This document shows positions 32,024-42,393 of a stretch of DNA of 64,000 nucleotides, piece by piece (position 1 is the stretch's first letter; each line of letters opens with the position of its first letter). Source of the stretch: an uncultured Acidimicrobiia bacterium. GTDB lineage: Bacteria > Acidobacteriota > Vicinamibacteria > Vicinamibacterales > UBA2999. The notes under the pieces were generated by a model. That model was not told the DNA's origin, made no database searches, and saw nothing but the letters and a program-made list of their open reading frames with translations. The position numbers and the translations under genes are program-made. The DNA is taken from positions 597,523 to 661,522 of the forward strand of contig CAWARO010000004.1 of NCBI GenBank assembly GCA_963784445.1, in the 5' to 3' direction.

Positions 32024-32527
32024 TTAACGCGAGCCCGTTGGCGGTGCATGCCTGGCGGAACGATAGCCTTCGAGCACAAAGATGCCGGCGCCGAGCATGA
32101 TGGCCATGTCCGCAACATTGAAAATGCCGGTCCGTAGTGGGCCGATCCCAACATTCATGAAGTCGATGACCATCCCATACGTGATCCGATCCAGGAGGTT
32201 GGACGCACCACCGGCTACGAAGAACGCGACGCCGACGAGAGACCGTCTGGGCCAGCGACTCCGCATGGCAACGACGGCCACGCCAAGTAAGAGCAACCCA
32301 TTTCCGACGCCGAAGACCGCTGTTCGGACCGGGAGCGGCCAATCTGCACCGAGACCCAGGAACGCGCCCGTATTCTCAACGTACTCGAGCCGAAAGGTGT
32401 CCGCCAGGAATGACCGGCTCGATGCTTCGGAGAGCGTGGTAGCGGCCACATGCTTGGTCACGCGGTCGCAGCCGATCGTGGCGCCGATCGCAATGAGCAG
32501 GACGAGCCGAAGGCCGATGCTGGTCAT
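32024..32527 (-). CDS. lspA: Lipoprotein signal peptidase II
   Basis: CDRVTK, ENTGAFLG, GGASNLLDRI, VIDF, FNVAD. Confidence 0.9.
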   Translation of the reverse strand: MTSIGLRLVLLIAIGATIGCDRVTKHVAATTLSEASSRSFLADTFRLEYVENTGAFLGLGADWPLPVRTAVFGVGNGLLLLGVAVVAMRSRWPRRSLVGVAFFVAGGASNLLDRITYGMVIDFMNVGIGPLRTGIFNVADMAIMLGAGIFVLEGYRSARHAPPTGSR

Positions 32528-32722
32528 CGTGGGGCTCCTCGACGCAGCCGAAACACCAGCGGTCTACGTCTCATCGAGCGTCGACGGCGTCGTCATCTAC
32601 ACCGCCAGCTCAAGAGCTGCGACGGTGCGCGAGGCCAATCATCAAGCTCCGTCTTCGTCATTCCCGTAGTCTAGCCCGATCCCCGATCCCCGATCCCGGC
32701 AAGTATCCATTAAAGTCTCCCC

Positions 32723-33748
32723 ATGGACGAATTCATCGAGGTCACTTTCCGCCGGAAGGACCGGCGGCTCCGGATCAAGCGCCAGGTGCCGGGCGGCGTC
32801 GAGTTCGACGAAACAGACCCGGTCGAGCGCACGGTCGGGATCCAGCTCGCCGCGAGGGGTGAAGCGACGCGTCAGCGGATGCGGCGGATCGGACAGGTGA
32901 AGGGGTGGGCGCCTGGTGAGTTCAAGCTGACCGTCTCGGTTGAAGACGGCAGCCTGGTGCTTCGCGGCGTCGACGCCGATTCACTGCCCGAAGGTCTCTA
33001 TGCGCTGACGATCGAAATTGAAGATGCGCGGTGCCGGCAGCGCAAGGTTGCCCTCGAGATCGAGCAGGACGGCAGCGCGCACGCGGCGTTCGATCTCGAC
33101 CAGGACGATCGCGAGGTCAGCGTCGACCTGGCCGAAGCAGACGAATCGATTCGTGCCGTGATTGAGGCCTCGCAGATCGATGGATTGCCCGGAACGGACT
33201 GGCTTGGCGCCCACAAGCGTCCCACGCGAAAAGCCTGTTTCCTGAACCTGCTCGCAAGCCTGCGGACCCGGCCGCTCGTTTCAGACGGCCTGATCAAACA
33301 CGTCGATAAAGCATTCGCCGTCTTCAACGATCGCGCGTTCATGCGGGTTGGTCTCGAGCTGCTGCCGGCGATTGAGGCCCTCGTGAAAGATCCGAAGCGC
33401 AGCTTTTACGCCGAGGGCGCCCCGACGGCGGACATTCACCAGCGCCTGCTCCGCGACCTGCCCGAGCCGACCGATGTGAAGGCGAAGTTCACCAAGGGCC
33501 TGCTGAGTTTTCGCGGTGAAGGAGGCCCGTCGCTGCAGATGGTGATTGCGGTGCCTCCCGTCGGTCTGCCCTACACCTACGCCGAGTTCGATCTCGATCT
33601 GGGCAATCCCTTGCAGGATGTGCTCGGCTTTGTCGTGCACATGGGCGAGCTGCTGGACGGCAAGCCGACCAATCATCTCGACCTGCGCCGCGAGCTCGCG
33701 AAGACGAGCGCGAAGCGATATCTCTACTACGACGTCGTGGCCGGCTAG
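32723..33748 (+). CDS. Hypothetical protein
   Basis: 341 aa ORF with genome-like codon usage and a TAAAGT box 6 nt upstream of the ATG; no recognised family. Confidence 0.7.
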   Translation: MDEFIEVTFRRKDRRLRIKRQVPGGVEFDETDPVERTVGIQLAARGEATRQRMRRIGQVKGWAPGEFKLTVSVEDGSLVLRGVDADSLPEGLYALTIEIEDARCRQRKVALEIEQDGSAHAAFDLDQDDREVSVDLAEADESIRAVIEASQIDGLPGTDWLGAHKRPTRKACFLNLLASLRTRPLVSDGLIKHVDKAFAVFNDRAFMRVGLELLPAIEALVKDPKRSFYAEGAPTADIHQRLLRDLPEPTDVKAKFTKGLLSFRGEGGPSLQMVIAVPPVGLPYTYAEFDLDLGNPLQDVLGFVVHMGELLDGKPTNHLDLRRELAKTSAKRYLYYDVVAG

Positions 33749-34320
33749 AAAGGGAGTGCGGGCAACTGAGTAGCGCGCTGAGGATGACCAGCTTAGAGAT
33801 TTCTTGAAGCGCGCCGAAAATCTATCAAATGGCGAGCATGTGTTGCTAGCCGTTCGGCTGGTTTAGGCCTTTCCAACATGGCCTTTCTGATGGCTCTTCG
33901 TTGCCTCGATTGCGACGACATCCCGCTCAAGGCTTCCGCAGTTCGTTCAGGGATCGGGCTGCCGAACAGACCAATTTCTGCGCACCAGTCGTTGAAGCTG
34001 CTCATGCACATGTCGTCAGGAAAGGACCGAATGGAGCGGAGATATCGTGCCAGATGCCTGAGGTGAACAATGGCAAAAGACGAACATACGTCAGTCAAAA
34101 TCGGTCAGCTGGCGCCGAAGTGTGCTCCGCGACACGCGGTCGACACCAACGGCGAAAAAACGGGCCGGCAGCGTCCTGACGCAGCGCCCCATAAGAGGAA
34201 GTAGGCTCGCGATTGTCGTACCGGGGTTGCCGATGACCCGGGGACGACCCCTTCATGCTGTAATTCTTGTCGAATTTCACGTTCCATCGGCGAATCGGTC
34301 TGTAATCTAGGACGCAGCCA

Positions 34321-34536
34321 GATCTGTCTGGTTTGCAGGAACCAACGCGACGAAGTGACGAACACGTCTTCGGCGCGCCATTCGGAGCCGTCGGCTTCAT
34401 CGTCCGATTTGTATGCAAGGCTTGCAACGACAAGCTCGGAATTCTGTCGATCACCTCGCAGATCGAGACCCACGTCTGTCCACGCACGGCAGACAGCGGG
34501 GCTGCCACCACGATGGCAGTCGATCAAGTCAGTTGA
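34321..34536 (+). pseudogene. HNH endonuclease remnant
   Basis: ICLVC (one frame) followed by SDEHVF....G......VCKACNDKLG (another frame) fits the CxxC..EH..CxxCN HNH pattern; lies in a lower-GC, gene-poor stretch. Confidence 0.55.
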
Positions 34537-34869
34537 CGACGCAATCAAGCGGACGGTAGTCCATTAAAGGCGAAGTTTGATGAACGCGAACTCGCATCCG
34601 TTGTCCAACCGCAGCGCGATCGAAATAAGCAACTGGTCGCCTACGCGAGTATATGCAGAAGACCATCGCAGACGGGTTCAAGGCCGAGTTCCGAAAACGG
34701 AAACAAGAGTTATCGAACGCGAATTGGCGGAAGTGGTCGAACAGTCGCTCGCTCTGTTCGACGCGGCGGATGTCACGTACCGACTTAGAAATTGGGCCTG
34801 CGAGACGACGACGCTCAAAGGATTTGGGTAATCGCACGTTGACTAAGCGTCGCCGGGCTTAGGAGCAGC

Positions 34870-36506
34870 TCACCATCGGAACGCAGTATTCGCTGCCGAC
34901 GCCGCCAAACGCCCGGCGAGCCCGCTGGCGACCTCTTGATCCAGATACGGAATATCAACCCGGTGCGAGAGTTCGCCCGCGCCGGCCGTGTCGACCCGCA
35001 CGCCGGACATCGCCGCGCGGCGATCGAAGGGCGACTCGTGCATCGTCACCGCCTGGATCTTGTTCACGCGCGCGAGGGTGGTCTGCTGCCAGATCCAGCC
35101 GCTGCGCATCATCACCACCTCATCGCCCTCCGCCCAGCCGAGATGCGCCACGTACTGCCGGGCGTTGATGATGGACCAGAGCAGCGTGATCATCGCCACG
35201 CCGATGGCGCCCCAGCCGATAAGCAGCGCCGCGATCAGCGTGACGAACCCGCTGAACACCAGCATCGGCTTCACCGCGCGCGCGAAGGCGCGGGGGTGCA
35301 GCGGTTGCCAGTTGACGGCGTCGAGCTCGAAGCCAGGCACGACCTGCTGAAGCAGGTGGGGCAGAGCCTCCCGCCGGATCAACGGCGCGAGCCATTCGCG
35401 CCCCCGTGCGGATGACGACTGTTTGCCCTTCCCCCCGCCGCCCGCGGTGGCCACGCGGACCGTGGCGCGATCGAGCCAGCGGTGGAAAGGACCGGCGCTA
35501 AACGTAATAGTCTGCACGCGCCTGATCGGGACGGTGGCGGCCACCTTCGTGAAGAGGCCGTACTCGCTGCGCAGGTCCTCGCCCACGCGCGTCAGGCGGA
35601 AATCATAGAGGCGCACGAACGCCCAGATCATCGAGATGACGCGCACCAGGAGCAGGAACGCAATGAACCCCGCCAGGCCGATACCGAGGCGTTCCCACGG
35701 GAACTGACCGTCTTCGAAGAAGCTTCGAAACAGGTTGCGAAAGAATCCGCGTCCCGACGTCACTCCGGCACGCTCGAACAGGATCCCCGACAACCTGTTC
35801 ATCAGGCCCGACTCCCACGCCAGGCCCATCCCGGCGCCGATCAGGACCATCCCTTTGTTTTCGAGAAGGCCACAGAGCAGCAGCTCGCGAAGCGACAGAT
35901 GGACGAGTGTCTCGCCGCGCGGGGTCTCTTCCGTCACGTCCGAAGGCGGGACTAAAGTCCCGCCTCTACGTACGGACTCATCGTCCGAAGGCGGGACTTC
36001 CACCTCCGCTCCTGGCGCGACTGAAGGCGGACTGAAGTCCCGCCTCTACGTGCGAAGACGCGCTGGCGCATCTCCTCGAACGCCGCCTTCGGCAGCACGC
36101 TCAACCGCGCTTCTTCCTCTTTGCCCCCGCCGGTTTCCACGCGCACTTCGACGACCCCGAAGAAACGATGGAACAGGTTCTGGACGGCGTCGACGTTCTG
36201 AATCCGCGAATACGGAATATGGCGCTCGTTGCGAAAGAGGATGCCTGACCGGATCACCAGCTCCTTGTCCTCGTAGCGAAGACGGAACGACAGGTAGCGC
36301 GTGATGGAGAGGACCACCGCGGGAACGAACGGCACGAGCAGCCACACTTCCCAGCCGCTCGGCAGGCGCCCGAAATTGCCGCCGGCCCCGCCCGTCGATC
36401 GCGACATCCCCACGAGCACGAGCAGCGCCGGCAGCGCGAACCGCTTGGCGTGCTTCGCCAGCTCGAACAGCAGCGTCGTGGGATGCAGCCGCAGCTCAGA
36501 CGGCAT
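34870..36506 (-). CDS. YdbT-like membrane protein with bacterial PH domains; frameshift near 36030 inside a REP insertion
   Basis: RLHP, IRSGILFRNERHIPYSRIQNV, RVQTI, RVDTAG repeats. Confidence 0.85.
35945..36049 (-). repeat. Cluster of 2-3 GTAG-type REP palindromes within ydbT-like gene
   Basis: ggcgggactaaagtcccgcctctac (35945), partial ggcgggacttc (35990), ggcggactgaagtcccgcctctac (36026). Confidence 0.75.
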
Positions 36507-37035
36507 CGCCGGCTCCAGAAGGCAGCAGATGCTCGCGGATGCGAAGCGCCCGGCCATGCTCGAGACCCTCGAGCTCGACCTTCGCATGGTCGGTGCCCGC
36601 GGTGTAGATCACGAGCGTGCCCAGTTCGTAGCGGCGCTCGATCGGCCCCTGCGAGACGTCGATGTGCTGCACGCGCGATCGCGGCACGTTGATCACCACG
36701 CGCCAGTACACGCCCTTGCGAATCTCGATGCCCTGGTCGTCAACGCGATAGGAGGTGTGTTTATACGCGCGCACCGGCCAACGAACCGCGTGCCACAAGC
36801 CAAGCAGCACGAGCACCAGCCAGACCCCCAGCTGCAGGGCGAACAGCCAGAAGGGTGTGCGCTCGGAGATGATGCGGATGGCGAGGAAGATCAGCGAGCC
36901 GAAGGCGAAGACGCTGACGAACAGACTGCCGCCGATTTGCTGGAGAGGAATCACACGCGGATCGAGCGGGTGATCCAGGCCGTCCGCCACGGGAACCGTC
37001 AGGACAGCCTCGGCCACGGGCGCGGCATCGCTCAC
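36496..37035 (-). CDS. YdbS-like membrane protein with bacterial PH domain
   Basis: Two transmembrane helices, then VPRSRVQHIDVSQGPIERRYELGTLVIYTAG; overlaps the ydbT-like start. Confidence 0.88.
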   Translation of the reverse strand: MSDAAPVAEAVLTVPVADGLDHPLDPRVIPLQQIGGSLFVSVFAFGSLIFLAIRIISERTPFWLFALQLGVWLVLVLLGLWHAVRWPVRAYKHTSYRVDDQGIEIRKGVYWRVVINVPRSRVQHIDVSQGPIERRYELGTLVIYTAGTDHAKVELEGLEHGRALRIREHLLPSGAGDAV

Positions 37036-37059
37036 GGCGTGAATTCTACGCTCAACCGG

Positions 37060-37500
37060 CTAGATCCGCCGTTCACGTTCCCGCCGGCTTTCGAGGCGCT
37101 CAATCGCGCGAAGCCGGCGATTGTGATCCCGCACCAGGGCGAACAGCATGGCCTTGTCGGCAGCCCGCTCGCGACGGTCATCGTCGTGCGAACGGTCGAT
37201 GTGCTCGCGCAGGCCATCGACACGTTCCAGTGTCAGCTTGATATCGTTGCGAACGGCATCGAAGCCCACGTCGACCCGCGTCGTAAGGGTATCAATGCGA
37301 TCCTCTACGCCGTAAACCCGGTCCGACAGGCGACCCACAGTTTCATCAAGCGCGCTGACCTTCTGTTCAAGCCCGCTGACTCTCTGGTCCAACCCACTGA
37401 CTCTCTGGTCCAGCCCACTGACTCTCTGGTCCAGGCCGGCAACTTTCTGTTCCAGCCCGTGCAATCGCTCTTCGATCATCTCAGTCTTCGGATTCGCCAT
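37060..37500 (-). CDS. Coiled-coil protein with tandem heptad repeats (GLDQRVS)
   Basis: 21-bp tandem DNA repeats at ~37360-37460; paralogue of 25564..25899. Confidence 0.75.
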   Translation of the reverse strand: MANPKTEMIEERLHGLEQKVAGLDQRVSGLDQRVSGLDQRVSGLEQKVSALDETVGRLSDRVYGVEDRIDTLTTRVDVGFDAVRNDIKLTLERVDGLREHIDRSHDDDRRERAADKAMLFALVRDHNRRLRAIERLESRRERERRI

Positions 37501-37553
37501 CGCCTGCCCTGAGCGATAGTCGAAGGGTAGCATCGTCCTCCGAGGCCAGATCC

Positions 37554-37569
37554 TGCGAACGACGCGCCA
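37554..37569 (-). promoter_or_regulatory. Putative sigma54-type -24/-12 promoter
   Basis: Minus strand tGG-cgcgtcgttc-GCa (GG-N10-GC), inside a block shared with 25901-25975. Confidence 0.55.
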
Positions 37570-37706
37570 TGTGAAATAGGGCAGAATCCCGAGCGATCCG
37601 GACGGCGACTGCTTTGCGATTGGCTAATCATGCGTACGCGCCAGTCGAGCGATGTGGCAGATTTGGCACTGATGGCCGAGAGCTGAAACCGCCTCAATTC
37701 GATGTT

Positions 37707-38583
37707 TTAGAACCGTCGCGCCAACACCAGCCGATGATCGCGTGACTCGCACTGCGAGGACGGCATCGTCTGGCCGACGTGCTCAATCGATCCGTCAAAT
37801 GCGAGCGTGATACTGCTCGTACTCACTCGACTGACGGTTCCCGCCGCAGATCCGATGAACCGCACCGACCGATCGCTTTCCAGGATACTCGACGAGACCG
37901 GGCTCGTCGCCATGGCCAGTTCGCAGGCTGATGCTCGCATAGTCGCCCGCCACGCCCACTCCGAAACTGCGGAACAATTCCGGGACGTCAGGGCTGTGCA
38001 GCCGCCCGTTGAACCCAACCACGTCACTGGTGCCCTCGCGTGTCCGCGCCGTCAGCGTCACGGCATAACTGCGCGAGCGCGATTCCACCGGCAACGCGGA
38101 ACACGTCGCGGCCGCGGTGATGGTCAGCGTGTAGTCGCCGGCGAGCTCGAGCGCCGGCGCCAGCGGACGCACGTAGAACCCCAACCACGGCCGCGCGTTG
38201 TTCTGGCACTGTGCCACACTGCAGGTCCACGTCTGCGTCAGCGTCTCGTAACCATCTTTCGTTACGCGAAAGCGCGTCGCGCTGTCGAAAAATCCAGTGA
38301 GGTTCACAGCGCCGTCGCTATCCACGACGGCGGAGGCACCGGCGGAAGCGCCATCGAGCACCTCGACGCGGGCATCAACGAGAGGACGGTATGCCGTGTC
38401 TGTCACGAATCCCCAGATCCCTGTCACGGACGTCGTCTGATTACTCCCGGGCGTTGGCGCGGTGATGACGGATGGGCCCGTGGGGGCTGTGGGCGACATC
38501 GAGGGCGAGGTTCCCGAGCAACCCGCCGCCAGCACGCTCAAACACACACTCGCTACGAGTATCAGCGCGGCTTTCTTCAACAT
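37707..38583 (-). CDS. Lipoprotein with carboxypeptidase-regulatory-like domain; frameshift near 37880
   Basis: Lipobox LAAGC; 'G.VTD...RPL..ARVEV'; paralogue of 38603..39511. Confidence 0.7.
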
Positions 38584-38602
38584 GGCAGCTCCATTCGAAA
38601 CA

Positions 38603-39511
38603 TCACCGGCGCGTCAATACGAGTTCGTGTTTGCGCCACGAACAGATGGCGCTCGAGACCGCGCGGCTCGCTGGGCACTCAAATCGGCCATTCGCGTCGA
38701 GCGGCGCCAGGCCCGGCTTGAGCTCGCAATGCACGATCTCCGCTTCAAATGCCATTGTGATTGTCGACACACCGCTCGGTCCCAGAGTGGCAGTCCCGAG
38801 ACCGCCGATCGCCAAATAGGCATTCGCATCCGTTTGCTCGACGAAACCCGGCTGGCCATGCAGGTCGCCGGTCACCATCTCCATGTAGTCTCCGGCGACG
38901 TTGAACCACATCCCCTTCCACGAGACCTCGCTCACGAGATTTGCGCCACTGGCGGTACCGAGGAAACTTGTGGTGGCCGGCGTTGGCTGGTTCGGTAGCG
39001 CCTCGATCCTCGCCGAGTAAGTCCGCCGGCGCGCATGCTCGGGCAACATCGTGCACGATGCGGCCGCGGTAATCGTGAACATGTAGTCGCCGGCAATGTT
39101 TGCGGGCGGCACCGGCGATCCCAGAGCGAAGTAGACCCAATGGTGCGGGTTGCACCGCTCGCAGTACGGCGTCAGGGTCTTCACCTCCGCGTGGTGCCCA
39201 TCCTTCGTCGCACGAAACTGTGTGGAGGAGTCGAACTGTCCGAAGATGTTGTATTGCCCGTCAGCCACCGTCGTGACCTTCAGCCCCGCGCTTGGACCGC
39301 TCATCACTTCAACCGTAGCTCCGGCGAGGGGACGGTTTCCCGTGTCGTAGACCTTGCCGCTGACGGCAATGCCCACGGGCGCAACCACGGGCGCGACCAC
39401 GGTGGTGGGTGTTGGTGCCGTGGGATTGAGATTGCCGTTCGCGGCGTCATTACAGGCGGCGCTCCCGAATGCGCCAAGGATCAGCAATAGAACCGCGTGA
39501 TGTGGTCGCAT
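38603..39511 (-). CDS. Lipoprotein with carboxypeptidase-regulatory-like domain
   Basis: Lipobox SAAC; SGKVYDTGNRPLAGATVEV, FRATKDG, AGDY.FTITAAASC..LP shared with its neighbour. Confidence 0.75.
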   Translation of the reverse strand: MRPHHAVLLLILGAFGSAACNDAANGNLNPTAPTPTTVVAPVVAPVGIAVSGKVYDTGNRPLAGATVEVMSGPSAGLKVTTVADGQYNIFGQFDSSTQFRATKDGHHAEVKTLTPYCERCNPHHWVYFALGSPVPPANIAGDYMFTITAAASCTMLPEHARRRTYSARIEALPNQPTPATTSFLGTASGANLVSEVSWKGMWFNVAGDYMEMVTGDLHGQPGFVEQTDANAYLAIGGLGTATLGPSGVSTITMAFEAEIVHCELKPGLAPLDANGRFECPASRAVSSAICSWRKHELVLTRR

Positions 39512-39564
39512 GGTGGAAGCAGCATATGGGTACGAAACAGGGAAAGCATCACCTAAAGGAGTCG

Positions 39565-40473
39565 CTACACGCCTAGCGCTGACTTCGGGTTGATCGCGTC
39601 CGGATCCTTCACTGCAAACGACTCCGGCTTCGGCCTGGCGCCGTGCCGCGCTGCCCACACGCGCGTGAACTCGGCGCCAAAGAGCAGGATCTGGCACGAG
39701 TAATAGACCCATAGCAGCAGGATCATCATCGACCCCGCCGCGCCGTAACTCGAGGCAATGGCGCTCTGGCCGAGATACAAGCCAATCACCTGCTGGCCAA
39801 TGGTGAACAGCACCGCCGTCACCACCGCGCCCATCGTCACGTCGCGCCACCGCAGCCGCACGTCGGGCAGGAAACGAAACAACAACGCGAACAGGCCCGT
39901 CGTCACAACGATTGAGACCAGCGTGTTGAAGATGCTCCACAGGAGCGCGTTGGCGGGGGACAAGTTGAAGAGCCAGGTGTTGAGTGCGGCCAGTGCGGCG
40001 GTGACCGTGAGTGAGACCAGCAGCAGAAAGCCAATCGCCACCACCAGGCCAAACGAGCGGACGCGATCCATCACGAAGGCGTAGAAGTGACCCTTCGGAT
40101 TCGGCTTCACCCGCCAGATAGTGTTGAGCGCGACTTGCAACTCGAGGAAGGCGCCGGTGGCCGCGATCAGAAAGGCGATGCCGCCGATGAGGGTAGCCAA
40201 GATCCCGGCTCGACGCTGGCTGGCGCCTTCGAGAAGGCTTTGCACGGCGAGCGCGCCCTCGCGTCCGACGAGGCGCTCGAGCTGGCCGACGATCTCGCCG
40301 CGCACGGCCTCCGCGCCGAACACCAGCCCGGCGATCGCGGTCGCCACCAGCAGGATCGGCGCGATCGCGAATAGCGTGTAGTAGGAGAGCGACGCGCCCA
40401 TTCGCGTGCAGTCATCGTCCCACCAGGCACGCCCCGCGGACCCGAGCATTCGCAGGATCACCGGCGTGCGCAT
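39565..40473 (-). CDS. YihY/virulence factor BrkB family membrane protein
   Basis: GASLSYYTLFAIAP, ALNTIW, YGAAGS..LLLWVYYS.QILLFGAE. Confidence 0.92.
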   Translation of the reverse strand: MRTPVILRMLGSAGRAWWDDDCTRMGASLSYYTLFAIAPILLVATAIAGLVFGAEAVRGEIVGQLERLVGREGALAVQSLLEGASQRRAGILATLIGGIAFLIAATGAFLELQVALNTIWRVKPNPKGHFYAFVMDRVRSFGLVVAIGFLLLVSLTVTAALAALNTWLFNLSPANALLWSIFNTLVSIVVTTGLFALLFRFLPDVRLRWRDVTMGAVVTAVLFTIGQQVIGLYLGQSAIASSYGAAGSMMILLLWVYYSCQILLFGAEFTRVWAARHGARPKPESFAVKDPDAINPKSALGV

Positions 40474-40568
40474 CACTCCAACTATGGCGAACGCGTCTCG
40501 CCGCAGACTGTGCACTTGTGCACACCTGCGCCCCGGTCGCGGGCACTACAGTCGAGGGGTGTGTATGA

Positions 40569-42383
40569 ATGGATGACTCGTCCAATCACTTAAAGCACTG
40601 GGTGGCGTTCGCCGGCGCAGTCCTGGTGATCGTCGTGTTGTATTGGGCGCAGGCGGTGTTCGTGCCCATTGCGCTCGCGGCGCTGCTGTCGTTCGTGTTG
40701 TCGACGCCGGTCAGCTGGCTCGAACGGTGGCTGGGCCGCGTCCCGGCCGTGCTCATCGTGGTCACGCTGGTGTTCGTCGTGCTCGGTCTCGGCGGCTGGG
40801 GCCTGGCGCGGCAGATGAACCACCTTGCCGACGACTTGCCCCGCTACCGCGTCAACATCCGGGCGAAGATTGCCGACGTCCGCGGCGCCGGCAAGGGCGG
40901 CACCGTCGAGAAGCTGCAAGAGACGATCGACGAGATCAAGACGGACCTCGAGAAGACCGGTGCGGTGCAGGGGAAAACGCCACAGGAGGTGATCGTCGCC
41001 CCCGAGTCCGCGTCCGGCATCCCTGGTTTTACGTGGCTGGGTCCGCTGATGGGACCGCTGGGAACCGCGGCCCTCGTGTTGGCGCTCGTGATCTTCATGC
41101 TGCTCGAACGCCGCGACTTGCGCGATCGACTGATCGGGCTGGTGGGGCACGGCCGCCTGACCGTCACGACGAAGGCGTTCGATGAAGCGAGCAGCCGCGT
41201 CAGCCGCCAGCTGTTGATGCAATCGCTCGTCAATGCCGTGTATGGCACCATCGCCGGACTCGGGCTGTACTATCTCGGGGTGCCGTACCCGCTGGTGTGG
41301 GGCGTGCTCGGCGCGGCACTTCGCTTCATCCCATACCTCGGTCCCGTCCTCGGCGCCGGCGCGCCAATCATCGTCAGCCTCGCCGCCCTGCCAGGGTGGG
41401 TCGATTCGTTCTGGGTCATCGCCATGTTCGCCGTCCTCGAGGTGTTCACGAACATGGTGCTCGAGACCTGGCTCTACGCGGGGGCAGCCGGCATCTCGCA
41501 AGTGGCGCTGCTCATGTCGGTGGCCTTTTGGACATGGTTGTGGGGACCACTTGGCCTGTTGATGGCGACACCGCTGACCGTGTGCTTCGTGGTGCTCGGC
41601 AAGCACGTGCCTGGACTCTCCTTTGTGGGGACGCTGATGGCCGACACGCCGGCGCTTGCGCCCGAGTACGGTTATTACCAGCGCCTGCTGGCCCGCGATC
41701 CGGGCGAGGCGGCCGATTTGATCGATCGGCATGTCAAGAACGAACCATGGGGAACCGTCTACGACGCGCTGTTGCTGCCGGCCCTCAACTACGCCGAGCG
41801 CGATCGCCTGGAACAGAGACTCTCGGTGGATGAAGAGAACGCCGTGATCGAGGCGACGCGCGAATTGTTGACCGATGCGGCGGACTCGATCCGCCGCCAA
41901 CAATCGCCATCCGCCGAGCCGATCGAGCCGGCCACGCTGGCCGGGCCCCGCGAGCCGTTACGTGTGCTCGGCTATGCGGCCAATGGCGCCGCCGACGAGC
42001 TCGCGCTGACGATGCTCGCGCATTCGGTGGAGGATCTGCCGATCAGCATTGAGATGACCAAGACGCGCGTGCTCGCTTCCGAGTTGGTGTCGATCGTGCG
42101 CGAGCAAGGCGTTTCGATTGTCTGCCTCGCCGACCTGCCGCCGAGCCCCCCGTCCAAGACGCGGTATCTCGTCATGCGCTTGCACGCCGCGTTGCCTGAC
42201 GTGCGCATCCTGGTGGGGCGGTGGGCGCCACCGGCGCTCGCGGATGAGAGCACGCAGGCGTTGCGGGACGCCGGCGCCACGCTGGTAGCGTCGACACTGG
42301 CCGAAACGCGGGAGTATCTCAGTGGACTGGTCGAGATTCCGCGGATCCCCGCGCCAGAGCCCGAACTAGCGGCCGTCGAGTAG
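40569..42383 (+). CDS. AI-2E family transporter with C-terminal extension
   Basis: PIALAALLSFVL, LRFIPYLGP, FWTWLWGPLGLLMATPLTVC. Confidence 0.9.
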   Translation: MDDSSNHLKHWVAFAGAVLVIVVLYWAQAVFVPIALAALLSFVLSTPVSWLERWLGRVPAVLIVVTLVFVVLGLGGWGLARQMNHLADDLPRYRVNIRAKIADVRGAGKGGTVEKLQETIDEIKTDLEKTGAVQGKTPQEVIVAPESASGIPGFTWLGPLMGPLGTAALVLALVIFMLLERRDLRDRLIGLVGHGRLTVTTKAFDEASSRVSRQLLMQSLVNAVYGTIAGLGLYYLGVPYPLVWGVLGAALRFIPYLGPVLGAGAPIIVSLAALPGWVDSFWVIAMFAVLEVFTNMVLETWLYAGAAGISQVALLMSVAFWTWLWGPLGLLMATPLTVCFVVLGKHVPGLSFVGTLMADTPALAPEYGYYQRLLARDPGEAADLIDRHVKNEPWGTVYDALLLPALNYAERDRLEQRLSVDEENAVIEATRELLTDAADSIRRQQSPSAEPIEPATLAGPREPLRVLGYAANGAADELALTMLAHSVEDLPISIEMTKTRVLASELVSIVREQGVSIVCLADLPPSPPSKTRYLVMRLHAALPDVRILVGRWAPPALADESTQALRDAGATLVASTLAETREYLSGLVEIPRIPAPEPELAAVE

Positions 42384-42393
42384 AATCACGCAC

